Source: Blastocystis sp. subtype 4 (lineage: Eukaryota). From it: a DNA stretch of 64,000 nt. Positions 50,203 through 62,281 of the stretch are shown one piece after another (the stretch's first letter is position 1; each line of letters opens with the position of its first letter). Location: the NCBI RefSeq assembly GCF_000743755.1, contig NW_014569533.1, positions 1 to 64,000 on the forward strand, given 5' to 3'. Below the pieces are notes generated by a model that did no database searches, was not told the DNA's origin, and saw only the letters and a list, made by a program, of their open reading frames with translations. A program made the position numbers and the translations under genes.

Positions 50203-53200
50203 ACTGTAAGAGAGACATTAATGTCTGAATCAACTCATGATCTTCTGAACGAATAGCAATCTACATTTAACTTCATTTTACATGCCCACTTTCAACACAC
50301 ATCCATATTCCTGAGAGAGAATTAATTGACAACGAGCCATTACTAACGTCTGTCCTAATACTTTACCAGCCAGAATCATTGTATGGTTTGTTGACTACGT
50401 TTCACATAAAATCCAGTTCCTTACTCCAATTGGTACACGATCGCTTCCTTCAAATACATGAAGACCCAACACTTCAACAATGGACTTCACAGCTGTACTC
50501 AAGTCCTCGAAGGACAAACTCATCTTTTCCACAACCTCATTCTCTGCAGTTAGCTCATTCCAAGCAGCACGATAGTCAGGAAGAATAGGTCGACTGATAT
50601 AGTCACTCAGCTGAATAGAACAGGCTTCAACAGGATACTCTTCATTGTATCCTTCAATTGTATCCAACTCATCCAGCTCATCCTCTTCTGCATCCTTCGC
50701 TTCGAACTTCAATGTTACATCAAATGTGGCCTCAGGAATTTCTTCAGGATTGAACTCCAGAGCGATGTAACAAGCCTTTTCCTGTCCATAGAGGATCACA
50801 GGAGCATCAATCTGAGCTATGGGATGCCACTGCTCGGGATCACCTTCTGTCAATGATAGCTGAACTGTCACGTTGGTCATCACCTGACCTTCAATCGTAT
50901 TTTTGATCTGGAACTGAAGGACAACATGAGAAGCAAAGACATGACGAATCACACTTACCACGTATTCTGTCTCCTCTTCTGTTAACATCGTACGATGACT
51001 TGATCGAATCACACACCCGTACTCAGCAAAAGCAGGAATCTGATACAATTCGTTTGATGATGGCTCTGCGGTAGTTTCAGATTCCGTTTCTGTGGCCATA
51101 CCCTGGACAGATGCTTCTTCCTTCTTTCTTGGAACCTCAGCTACAACCGGGAGAGTCGAATATTCTAAACTGCCTTCAGAAGGTCGCATCTGATAGGTCT
51201 GAAGTGAAGCACGTAATTGCTTTGCAGACATGGGAAGATGGCGGAAAAGAAGTTTCTCTCGCTCAGCAGGATCTGCTTGAAGAGCAGCTAAGGCTGTAAC
51301 AGCACGATCACGCACCTCATCACTCTCATCAGTCAGACAACCACGTAACAGCTCCTGAACACTCTCACGTACACTCTCAACACGACCAGCGAACTCACCA
51401 AGAGACTGAACAGCAGCAGCACGTACAGAAGCACCTTCCAAAATGATCCGATTGAAGATAAAACGAATGAAGCGAGAAGGAGCCACAGCTGTTGGACCAT
51501 ATTCAGCCAACACATGAAGGATTCCAATAATTATCTGAGGATACTCACAATCCTCAATGCATTCACATAGATGAAGGAGGGATGGTTCCTATGAATAATT
51601 CTGGAATTCCAAAAATACAAGGGATTCTGGAATTCGTTTCATCATTGCAATAATTGTATCTACAATAGCTGCCTTCAGCGCCTCTGATCCTTCCTAATCC
51701 TCAGTCCAATAACCATAGACTACATTACGAAGGATTCCACTTAAGAAGGACAGAAGAGCGTCATATTTCTCAGGGAACTTCGTCGAGAGAGTGAGTAACG
51801 CATGAACCAGAACCTGTTTAAACTCATCATCAATCTCACTCATGTAAGTAGAGATTTGTTTCAACAATGGGTCAATTCTATTACTCATAACCTCATCATC
51901 ATATCCACCTTGAAACTTCAACAGTCTTCAACAGAGTACTAACAGCCAGAGTAGCTACAGAACGATTGGAATCATTAACAAGCGACTCCAAATCACTATT
52001 ACAGGTCTCAACGATTGTAGGATGAGCAATGCTCAACTATAAATCAACGGGGGATCTTGTGAGTACTTGATTGAGAATACGAACCGCAGCGAACTTCGTA
52101 ACAGTACGAGAAGAACCCAAATGAATTTGAAGCATACTTACCACTGGCTGTAAATCTTCATCACGCACATCAGGAAGAGTTACGAGGGCCCGAGCAGCTT
52201 CAAAACAAACCATCTAGAATGAAACGACTTAATGATTCTCACATCACTCGTGTGACGCAGACAACGCAATAGTAAGTCGTAAATATCATGAGAAACCTCT
52301 GAACTACCATCTTCTCTCAACAAACGAACACTGTATCGAATCAACATACACACAGCAAGAGGACTCGTTGGAAGATGCTGACGCAATTGAGTGACCAGTT
52401 TATTCAAGGCTAGTGCATCATTCTGCTTCATTGCATAGAGTAACAATAACCCATGATACTGAACCATCTCATCCTCATATGTCAGAGATTGATTAATCTC
52501 ATTAACCCAACGACGTACTAATTCAGGTGCAATAGTAAAGAGATACAAACCACAGAGAAGAGCTGAGGAAGCTACACAGGGATTCTTATGAACGATAGCT
52601 TGTTTGATGTAACGCTCCACTTGAGCTAACATAGAAGCCTACACTGAGATTCAACCAATAACAGTACATCCAGAATACGACTTAGAACACGAAGACTATT
52701 AGCGCGGAATAATTCATTATCGGAATTCAGATCCTTCAGCAAAGTACTGACAACGATGATCACTTCTTCAGCAGAGGTCTTCTCAGCAACTTCCTTGATG
52801 AACAAATAGGTCATTCGACGCAACTTTGGCTACATATGAATACTCAATAGTAATGGTGACATCCTGGCTCTGGAACAGTTTTGTAGCTCCAAAAAACACA
52901 TCTGTAACCTCGCTACTTGACAATGTTTCACCCTCGACAACCACAAGATACAAGACCTTTGAAATGAGAATACAGCAAAGATCCGGTTTCTGAGTCACTG
53001 TATCCGAGTCATTAAAAGCCCTGCATTCTTGTAGAACAACCGATTTGGTCAAACCATAGAAGGGTGACTCTGTTCATTAAAGCATAGACATTCATCTCAC
53101 TTTTAAGGTCATCATCTTTGTCATGACCTCCCATATCGAAGAATTCTTTCCTGATGATGTTGAGGACAGATTCCGGTTGATCGTCTTGCTGCCCCTGATT

Positions 53201-53224
53201 ATTCGTTTGCGAATTATTCTGCAT
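50203..53224 (-). CDS. COPG: Coatomer subunit gamma
   Basis: [65 protein letters not shown]. Confidence 0.95.
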
Positions 53225-53368
53225 GTTCTGTAATCACAATTCTCCTTCAATTGAGATTATTTGGTCATTTCAAGATGATGCCAGAAATCGGTTCGATTTC
53301 TTCACTCCTATAGTGTTTTTAGAGTCGTGGAATCGTGAGGATTGTCTACCTGGGTCTTAACAAGTAGA

Positions 53369-54036
53369 ATGTCCAATTCTGTGGAGGATCAAGAGAACGG
53401 AATCATTGCCGACCTCGAGCATATGATCGAATCCTTAGAATATGAGCGATCTAAGAACGATATCCAGACGTATCTGCGTGTTTCGCAGTCGCTGGAGGGA
53501 CTTCTAAGCAATGAGAAAACCGTTAAACATATGAAGGATTTTGTGATTGATGAACGATGTGAAGAGAATATCCTATTCCTTATTGATGTCAATGAATATA
53601 AAAAGATGTACGGTGACGATAACTACAATCCATATCAGGTTTGTCTTGGAGGGGCTTCTAATGGGTAGAAAATTCTGAAGGTAAACAAGATCGTCAAGCA
53701 ATACCTCATTCCTGTGTGATCTTTATGTTTCTCTCATTCTTTAGGGCGAATCATACTCACAGCTATATATTCCATTATCTGTGATTAATGAATTCAATGA
53801 GGAATACAGGAAATGGGATCGTGTGATTCCAGAACCTACCAAGGAGGATCTTCCTCCAATTAGTCTGTTTGATAAGGTGGAGAAGGTAGTTTTGGAGACT
53901 GTACGAAGGGTGAAGGCTTGATTGTACATTGATGTGTAGACGAGTTACCAGAAGTTTATTCGCTCTGCAAACATTCACCGCTTGCTTGCTATGACTGTCC
54001 AGGACATTGTGATCTCACACAAACCTGTGGAATTAT
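53369..54036 (+). CDS. Stand-alone RGS (regulator of G-protein signalling) domain protein
   Basis: LEGLLSN..FVIDERCEENILFLIDVNEYK; KIVKQYL; LFDKVEKVVLE..SYQKFIRS; three short introns. The stop would be completed by polyadenylation. Confidence 0.75.
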
Positions 54037-54040
54037 CGTT

Positions 54041-54048
54041 TGTTTGTT
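54041..54048 (+). terminator. TGTTTGTT 3'-end motif (RGS gene)
   Basis: Starts 5 nt after T54036, the first base of the codon after ...PVEL. Confidence 0.8.
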
Positions 54049-54070
54049 CCAAACACGTTTATTTATGCGG

Positions 54071-56253
54071 CTAAACATCTTCTTTGGGTGATTTCTTCAA
54101 AAAATAGTTTGTAATGGCAGGACTCTGAATCATGCTCTTTTTGACTCGAGTTTTCCTAGGAGACTCTGTAACCTTCTTCTCCTTCTTTCCAACATTTGCA
54201 ACTACATCAAAGATAGAAGATGCTACAACAGCCGCTTTCAATCCTGTTCGAAAAGGAGTTCCCTGTCGTGAGTGTTGGGATGAACTACGAGGAGAAGAAG
54301 ATAAAGAAACTGCAGGCCGCTTCCCTTCAGGAGTAACCAATCCCTCTGCTTCGCGCTTCTCTGGGTGACAATTGGTATCACTCTCCATATCCAATATCAC
54401 TTCTTCATCAATCGAACTTGCTACGACAAAGCGTTGTTGTGAATGCTGTGCAAGAAGGATTTGACTTTGATTCGAAAGAGGAAAGGGCCGTCGCCACAGC
54501 ACATCATCCCCCACCTGACTATCTGCCACGATTCCATCTTGAATCGAATGAGAATTGGTCACATTCTCCTTTCTAGGACTCAAACACTCGTCACACAACA
54601 TGTTCTGTAATGGATTCTCTTCTGGTTGTTGTGAGAGGAGTTGTGATGCTAGCTGGCTTCCTAAAATACAGTACTCAGCCTATTCGTTATTCCCAACTTC
54701 GATTTCAACATTCACGATCCAAGGATGTTGTAAGGACTCAGCTGCTGTTAAACGCAGAGATGGATCACGAACAATCAGTCGATGAATCAAATCCTTCGCC
54801 ATCTCTGAAACACCCTTCCACACTGGCTTATCAAAGGATACGTCTGCTCGAAGGATTTGCTGTGACAGCTCAGAAGAACCAAAAGGAAGTTCACCAGCCA
54901 AAATCACATACATAAGAACACCAACAGACCACATATCCTATCAGTGATTCATAATTAACATGACATTTACCACTGCACTGTTGTAACTTCCAATTCGTTG
55001 ATTCCCACGTAACTCTTGGATTTCAGGAGCAAAATACTGAGGAGTTCCACATACAGTATGTAACCCATCGGCTGCATATTTTGCAAGTCCAAAATCAGTG
55101 ACTTTTATTGTCACATTCTCATCTTTGTAAACCATTAACACATTCTCTGGTTTGATATCACGATGAACAATACCCTTGCTATGAAGGTAGTCAATCACCT
55201 CTAGAAGATTCTTCATTAGACCACGAGCATCAATCTCATTGAAATGGCCCAACTTAAGAATCCGATCAAACAGATCTCCTCCTGTTACCAATTCCATAAT
55301 GATATAAATATTCTTCTATGGATGAATAGGAGTCAATGAACACACTTTGCCACGGATAATCTCTTTCATGAAGGGGATGCCAGGATGATCCAGACTAGCT
55401 AGCATTTCTGCTTCACGAAGAATTGTACGGATTTTATCATCCTATATATTGCATTTATAGACCAAACATACACGATTACGAATCCTCTTCAAATCGATGA
55501 TCTTCGCTGCATACATATTCCCTGAAGAACGTTCACGACAGAGCTTTACTTCACCAAAGGACCCTTTCCCAAGACCACCTTCAATAATATACTTCTCTTC
55601 AATTCCATCCATTCTAATCAATAATCATACTAAGCTAGTTCAACTCCTGCGAAATAAGTGAATCTGCAATTCGGAGAGGAATCGCTGGATCTTGAAAAAT
55701 GAAGGCATGAAGATGTGTGGCCGTTTTACAGCTCGCTGGAAAGGCAAATCCGATATTATCTCCCTACAACTAAGCAAGAGAACAAAACCACACATGTGTC
55801 AAGCAATATGGTTCATTCTTGGCAATCCGGGTTTCATTGACAAGAGTACCATTAGTACTTGTGTCCACAATGAACACTTTGTTTGGATCCAGACTCCTAT
55901 CTAGAAAGATGTAGGCATGATTCTACATTCAATTCCACCAAGAAAATGGTACAGAACTAATATAATTCTCAGGAAACACAAAATCGTTGTTGGGATGACG
56001 ACCAAACGAGAACTATTTTGAAACCTTATTCATGAACTCACTTTATCTTTTCCCTGTAGATCAATACAGGGATCCGAAGTCAAACTAATGAGCTTTCCCC
56101 AGAGACCAACCTCCTATTCAATTACAAACAAAAACAAAACAAACAGGATACAGTGAGTTCACCTCCTGCGTCTGGGGAATCACTCTATACTTAAAACAAG
56201 AAGAAGGTAGCCAACGGTTCTCCCAAAGCCTGAGTCGCCGGAATATCATTCAT
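54071..56253 (-). CDS. Chk2/Cds1-like FHA-domain Ser/Thr kinase with SQ-rich C-terminal tail
   Basis: N-terminal ATQ; FHA WGKLISL..FGRHP..ISS; kinase GLGKGSFGEV, HRDIKPEN, DFGLAK, CGTPQYFAPE; tail GSQLASQLLSQQ...QSPAITNYF. Confidence 0.8.
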
Positions 56254-56303
56254 TGACTAATAAGTCAATATGGAGTGAGAAAACGAAAAGTACAAAAGAA
56301 AAA

Positions 56304-56377
56304 TGCTCAAACGGGGGATCGAACCCCAGACCTTCGCGTTATTAGCACGACGCTCTAACCAGCTGAGCTATTCGAGC
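56304..56377 (-). tRNA. tRNA-Ile (AAT)
   Basis: Reverse complement GCTCGAATAGCTCAGCTGGTTAGAGCGTCGTGCTAATAACGCGAAGGTCTGGGGTTCGATCCCCCGTTTGAGCA folds as a cloverleaf with an AAT anticodon. Confidence 0.95.
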
Positions 56378-56568
56378 ATGTATGAATTCAAAACAAGTAG
56401 AATACGAGACTTTGACTGAATGCATCATAACAGATTGAAGTGTGAATGCCTTGTATAGAAGAAGTTGAAAAGGTTAGCAAAGTAAGAGAGAAAGAAGTTC
56501 ATTCATCTCCACTTTCATTGTTGATTCCTTTTGTCTTGGCTTTTGTTGCGAATTGATCAGACAAGAGC

Positions 56569-58321
56569 ATGAGTATTGCGTACCAACAAGCAGCAAACGT
56601 CATTCAGCAGTTTTGGGACAAAAAGGCTTCATTGAAAACTCTGATCTACGGCTCGAGTTTTCCTAAGAAGGTACAAGAAATCAAGTTCATTGATGGGGAT
56701 TAGGGATACTTGTTTGCATTGTGTACTAAAACGCTTTCAGCACAAACTGTTATTGATGGTATTGTTGAGAATTGTCCATCTCTTTCGCGTCACGAGATTT
56801 CCAAGAAGGCCCTTTTGTACGTTTTATTATATGATGAAATCTTTGGAGAAGGTTGTCGTGTAAGAAATGAGAGTGGATAGTGATGAAAAGGGTGGTGGTG
56901 CGCTAATTCGAACCATTCGGGAATCCAAGGACGAAATTGTATCTTATTTGAATTCTCGAATGAAAGAAACTGGAGTAACCTCATTCCAAGAATTGCTGCC
57001 TCAACGAGCTGAAGTTGAAGTGAAAGTAGAGAGAATGGTTCATAGTTAGAATTGGAGATTTCTTCGAGTCAATCGTTGCAAAACAACTGTAGATAAAGTG
57101 TATCAAATCCTTAGCCGTATGACTTGTTCTTTGCTAGTTAACTCTAGAGGAGTATGGAAATGAGAGTATCCAACGAGACGAATTAATGGATTGTGTTCTA
57201 AAGATCCGTCACTCCATCGACCTTCATACACATCCTCTCGTGCTTTCTCAGTCTGTGATCCTTCAAACTAAAGCATCTTGTTTCCCACCATTCCTTCTTC
57301 TCCGAGATCTCTATGATGGAACCAAACATCTCCCAGAGCGATGTGATGTGATCGATGCCACTGCTGCTCCTGGGAACAAAACCACATTTCTGGGTGATAT
57401 CCTTCGTACCCAGTAGGCTCGATTTTTGTATCTCTCCTAGAGGAACAGTCTTTGCATTTGATCGAGATGAGAAGCGATTTCGAATACTTCGTTCTCGTTG
57501 TAAGGAGTACAGAAGTGGGAATGTAACCCAGAGAATGATATTCTCATCCTTAGATTCAATGTATGCATGCAGACTTCCTTCAGACCAATCCATATGCCTC
57601 TGAGTTCATTCATGTTCAACGGATTTTATTGGATCCATCGTGTAGTGGAAGTGGAATGAGTCATACTTCGTTGGTTTCATTCTCTTCTCTATTTCATTCA
57701 TAGGATCAGACACCTCCCTCTCAAGAGCGTCTTCAGTCTCTTACTCGCTTTCAATTACGGTGTATTACTCATGCAGCCCAGTTTCCTTCAGTAACACGAA
57801 TCAGTTACAGCACATGCTCAGTATATGAAGAGGAGGATGAGAAAGTGGTTGCAGAAGCATTGCGTCAACTCAATAGTGAGAAGGAGATGTGGCATTTAGA
57901 GAGAATCTGTGAGGAAGTACCGTGTCGTGGACATGCAGTGGATGGATTGACTGCTGCTCAAGCGGAATGTGTGGTACGATGTGAAGTGGGAGATGGAATG
58001 GGTCAGGGTTTCTTTGTATGTGTATTTGTGAGAGATTCTGGAATTCCATTAAGCGAAGCAGAACGTAAGAAGAAAGAGAAGGAATATATGGAATCTCTGA
58101 AGGAACCAGAAGCTCCAGTCGCTCCTACAGAACAGAAGAAGGTGATCGTAGAAAAGACAAAGAAACGAATGAAGAATTCGAAGGTGGATCAGGAGAAGAA
58201 GGCATTGAAGGAGAAGAAAACTCAGCAGAACATCAGTACATCCATAAATTATGCTTTAAGAGCTCAACAGGAACATCCAGGTAAACACAAGAAGAAGATT
58301 CCTTTAGGCAAATCATACTGA
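56569..58321 (+). CDS. NSUN5: LSU rRNA cytosine-C5 methyltransferase (NSUN5/Rcm1-like)
   Basis: RFLRVN; ILQTKASCFP; IDATAAPGNKT; FAFDRDEKR; ILLDPSCSGSG; YSTCS..EEEDEKVV; GFFVCVF. Confidence 0.88.
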
Positions 58322-58323
58322 TG

Positions 58324-58340
58324 GGTTTGTTAAACAAACA
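58324..58340. terminator. Back-to-back 3'-end motifs for two convergent genes
   Basis: GGTTTGTT on + (58324-58331) and AACAAACA, i.e. TGTTTGTT on - (58333-58340), separated by 1 nt. Confidence 0.65.
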
Positions 58341-58344
58341 TGAA

Positions 58345-60318
58345 TAGAGTATATTCCAATCAACCATACAACTATTACAACGGTATTCATTGATACGCCG
58401 TCGACTGATGGTATTAGCATGCTGATACTGAAGAACTCGAATTAATCGTAGACTACAAAATACACATTCTTCTCCTTGCAAATAGGCTATATAACAACAA
58501 GGACATACCAACACCTCTCCTGTAGGAATCGGTTGGAATGATAAAGGACAATAATCATCAATACTTGATAAGAGACACCATGAAGCGTGATTCCTGTGGA
58601 GGAATGTCTTCTCTCCACAACATTCACATTCAGTCCATTCATCCAACGGCTCTTCAGAAGATCCTTCCAGTTGTCTGCATATCCATCGAGATCCTGCATC
58701 AGACCGCGACCGAAGTGCTTCCAACCACAATCGTCGTCGAAGAGTCAGTAACTTATCAACAGCATCCGTCTGTGACCCAAACCACCATGGTTTCCCTTGT
58801 CTCATCATTACTGACACATAAATGTGAACACATTGAAGTTCTTGAGTCGAAGCAGCTGGAATTTGTTCCCAGATTGTTGCAAAAGACTCTCGAGCCATTT
58901 GTTGGGTTAGAACCACAGTAGATGGTAACCATTCAGTGTTCATTAGTCCATAGGACTTTAGAACTAAGAGTTGCCGAGTCATGTCAATCGAGGTGGTTCT
59001 TTGCGAAGTAATCACTTGACTTGCAACCAGAATCGCCGAAGTCTGGAAAGAAGCACTCCCCAAATAAATCACATCAGAATACCGAGCGAAATCCGATGGG
59101 ATAGAATAATTAACGAGAATCTGCGATTGAGCAAGATCAATAACCTGATAATGAAACTGTTTAGTGATACACTGAATGAGAGGAGTTTCACTGATTGCAG
59201 TACAGAAAGCAACTCCTTCTGTTACATCAAAGAACCATTGCCTGATCAACTCTCCATTCTTTGTATCAATCCATACAATTCTGACACCATCTGATACCAG
59301 AAGACACTTTCCGACTTGTTGGATCCACTGAATACTGGGTTGGAGTGGCATTTCTATTTCATGGATTGATGATATGTTCCAGAGAATCTCCACATTGGCC
59401 GAACCCCTTGCTGATTCCAGAGGGGTTAGAACGAGAGACCATAATGAATGCATCTCTCCACCTTGGAGTCGAAACTGAAGACTTGTCATCTCCTCCTGAC
59501 TAGTCTTCGGATCTGACTGATAGGAGGACTCTTCATCTTCTATTTCCATTGTATCAGAGGGCTGAGTAACTACTTTTGAAGTATCGAGAATATGAGGGAC
59601 AATACTCAGTAATCCACCAGAAGCTGTGCCAAGAACCAATTCATCATTCAACCAGCAGAGAGAGGTGATAACAGTATTACAAGTAAAGGAACCTTGAAAC
59701 TGAATCATGGCCTCATGGTCGTTGCAGGTCATTGAAAAGAAGAAAATGGCAGCTTCAACTGATACAGCAAACAGAGAATGATCATCACTAAAGGCAGCTT
59801 GAATTGTAGTTACAGAAGAGCAACTCTGTTGGAACAATTCTGAAGATGTAATTAATTCGGACAAGTCACATAGAACTTCCATTTGCTTAAGAAAGAACGA
59901 GGATGGCATTGTCCATATCCGTATTACTGGAAATAAATCTGCTGTGAGTAGAAGAGGATTTGAAAACCCTCCAAATCCTTTTGGAGCCCACTGACATAAG
60001 ACAGGAATGTGATGATCCTTTCCATTCAACAAATCTGGAAATTGAATTGGCACCTACGCAATCAAGATTACATATCACTAGAACTTGTTTCTTCTTGTTC
60101 TTGTTCTTGAGTTCTTCCTCCTCTATTTCAGGATTACTATTTACAGAAAGATCAAAAACATCCTTAGTATATGGATTCAATACAAAACAATCCATATCAC
60201 TCAGAATTCCCAACAATCCATCGTTGGACACAGATACGTTCCTACAATATCGTTTTCGCACTGCAATCGAATAGAGTGTCTTTTCGAAAACATCCGATAC
60301 AACAATTGTATGATTCAT
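58345..60318 (-). CDS. WD40-like beta-propeller protein with C-terminal Cys-rich Zn finger; possibly TFIIIC delta (GTF3C4/Tau60)-like
   Basis: WD-like 'ITSLCWLNDELVLGTASGGL'; C-terminal ECECC...CPLSFQPI....CPCC....CVFC resembling zf-TFIIIC; N-terminal 'VSVSNDGLLGI'. Confidence 0.5.
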
Positions 60319-61280
60319 AGAAAACAATGCATCACAAATCCTTTATACTCTCATTTTCTTTTACATATTGCGAATAATTCAAAAATAAATCCTCCTGTCG
60401 AGTCAAAAAGAGGATAAGGTTATCGACTGCCTGTCGAATCGTTGTAAAGTCCTTCTCTGTGAAATCATTTGCAGAATATAAGGTTGGAAGTTGAACTATA
60501 GGTTACCTCATATGTACTATCTTACATACTAACCGCAGGAGATGCTCAATTCCATATACATCACAATTGTTAGCAACCCGGCGTTCTTGCACCATTCTAT
60601 ATTGCGAAAGTTCGGAGGGATAGAGTACTGTTGTATCTATCGCAATGTTGAAGAATGAAAGAATACCATCAACCAACTATGTCTAAATCTCCATTCTCCC
60701 TCACTTCCATTGCATTTACCAATTCTGTTCCACCTATCTCATTCATTTCATTCGTATACTATATAACAAATTCCTCTGATTGGTACCATCTGCAAGATAG
60801 TCTTGATATTCGGTGTTCTGGGAAGTGGTAAAACAAGATTACGGTATCCTACCATCTATTATAAACCAATTCACGAATTCGTACATACCAATCGAGAATA
60901 AGATGCTTATGCAATTGAAATGGAATTCGAGATTTATTCTGAGTTTCATATGCTTTTGTCTACGTTTAACAACAAAATACTTAACAACAATCTCATCTTG
61001 GATAGAAGTGTTTTGATATGCTCCTTCCTCTACTCGATTCTTGTACTTCATTAGGGCTCTATTGACTTCGTTGTCTTTATAGATGTTCTCGACCGTAACC
61101 CATTGATCATATTTTGAACCCCAACCATTGTAATGAATGTAATACCGCGGTGAATGTTGGTCACCTGCGTTGTCGACGGCTAGGATCTACTGATCACTTC
61201 TAATGATGTCTATTCACCTTTGCTAGATAATACTTGCCATCTTCGATAACAATTACAGACTCATTTACGATATAGGACAT
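60315..61280 (-). CDS. MRG15/Eaf3-like protein (chromo-barrel plus MRG domain)
   Basis: Mostly missed by the ORF track. Spliced YYLAK|IL..YYIHYNGWGSKYDQWV; IPFQLHKHLILDW; LPLPRTPNI; LVDGILSFFN; DVYGIEHLLRL. Confidence 0.85.
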
Positions 61281-61324
61281 TAATGCAAAAGGATTATCTT
61301 AACAAACAAATATAGGTCCACACC

Positions 61325-62281
61325 TTAGAAGGTAGGGTACACAGAGCTGTAAGTAATAGCACAGCGACCCATTCCACCAACATCCTTCTCAATACGGCAA
61401 TAACCCTCCTCACCCCAGCTGGTTCCCCAAGAGTTCTTGACGATCCAGTACTTGATTCCGGTCTCCTCTTCGACTCCATAACCGACAGCCAACACAGCAT
61501 GGTTAATGCTCTCAGAACACTTGGTGATGATACCCTCCTTGTACAGCTGCATGGCAGAGGCATCAAGGACAATAGAAACGGGGGTCAGAGCAACAGCGTT
61601 AGCCAGAGACTCCTCATCTCCCTGAGGAAGCTGAACCTTACCAACAGACTGGACAGCCACAGTGCACTTGTCATCCTTGCAGTCCTCATCCTTAGCATGA
61701 TAAGGATAATCCTCCTCAGTGCACAGACCATGATCACTGACATAGTCCATGACGCTCCAGGGCCAGCCTCCTCCGCAACCTTCAGCCTGGTACTTAGGCT
61801 CTCTAGCACAATCGACCAACTGCTGCTCAGAGAGGGAAACGAGCTTTCCAGAGTGGATGAAGTAAGCTCCCTCCACAGTACCAGTAGTAGAGAACGACCA
61901 GCAAGAACCGCAAGCAGCCTGATCCTTGACAGGAGTGACAGCTCCCTTCTCTCTCCAGTCAATTCTCTCAGGAGCATCACCATAGATGGGGGTCACACGT
62001 CCAGCACGAGACTTAGGATCCTTAGCACAACCGCAGAACTTGTAGGCAAACTCCTCCTCAGCAATATCAGCGAACTTGTTCACACCCAGAGTCCAAGGAA
62101 GATGGAGAGCGTTATGAGCCTCAATCTTCTTAAGGTTGTTGTTGTACACAGCAAGACGGTATCTCTGCTCCTCAGGAGAAGAGTACACCTTTCCGAAATC
62201 CTTCTGGTACTGCAAGAAAGCAGAGTCACGGAGGTTGACACTCAGTGCAACTGCAAAAAGAACAAAAACAAAAGCCTTCAT
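61325..62281 (-). CDS. Papain-family (C1A) cathepsin L-like cysteine protease, secreted preproenzyme
   Basis: Signal peptide; I29 prodomain with ERFNIN-like and GVNKFAD motifs; catalytic QAACGSCWSF, NHAV and KNSWG; intronless. Confidence 0.96.
   Translation of the reverse strand: MKAFVFVLFAVALSVNLRDSAFLQYQKDFGKVYSSPEEQRYRLAVYNNNLKKIEAHNALHLPWTLGVNKFADIAEEEFAYKFCGCAKDPKSRAGRVTPIYGDAPERIDWREKGAVTPVKDQAACGSCWSFSTTGTVEGAYFIHSGKLVSLSEQQLVDCAREPKYQAEGCGGGWPWSVMDYVSDHGLCTEEDYPYHAKDEDCKDDKCTVAVQSVGKVQLPQGDEESLANAVALTPVSIVLDASAMQLYKEGIITKCSESINHAVLAVGYGVEEETGIKYWIVKNSWGTSWGEEGYCRIEKDVGGMGRCAITYSSVYPTF

Noticed and set aside
58233..58344. Apparent coding overlap between NSUN5 and the 606-aa minus-strand ORF
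   Set aside because: Better explained by a poly(A)-generated stop at 58346-58345.
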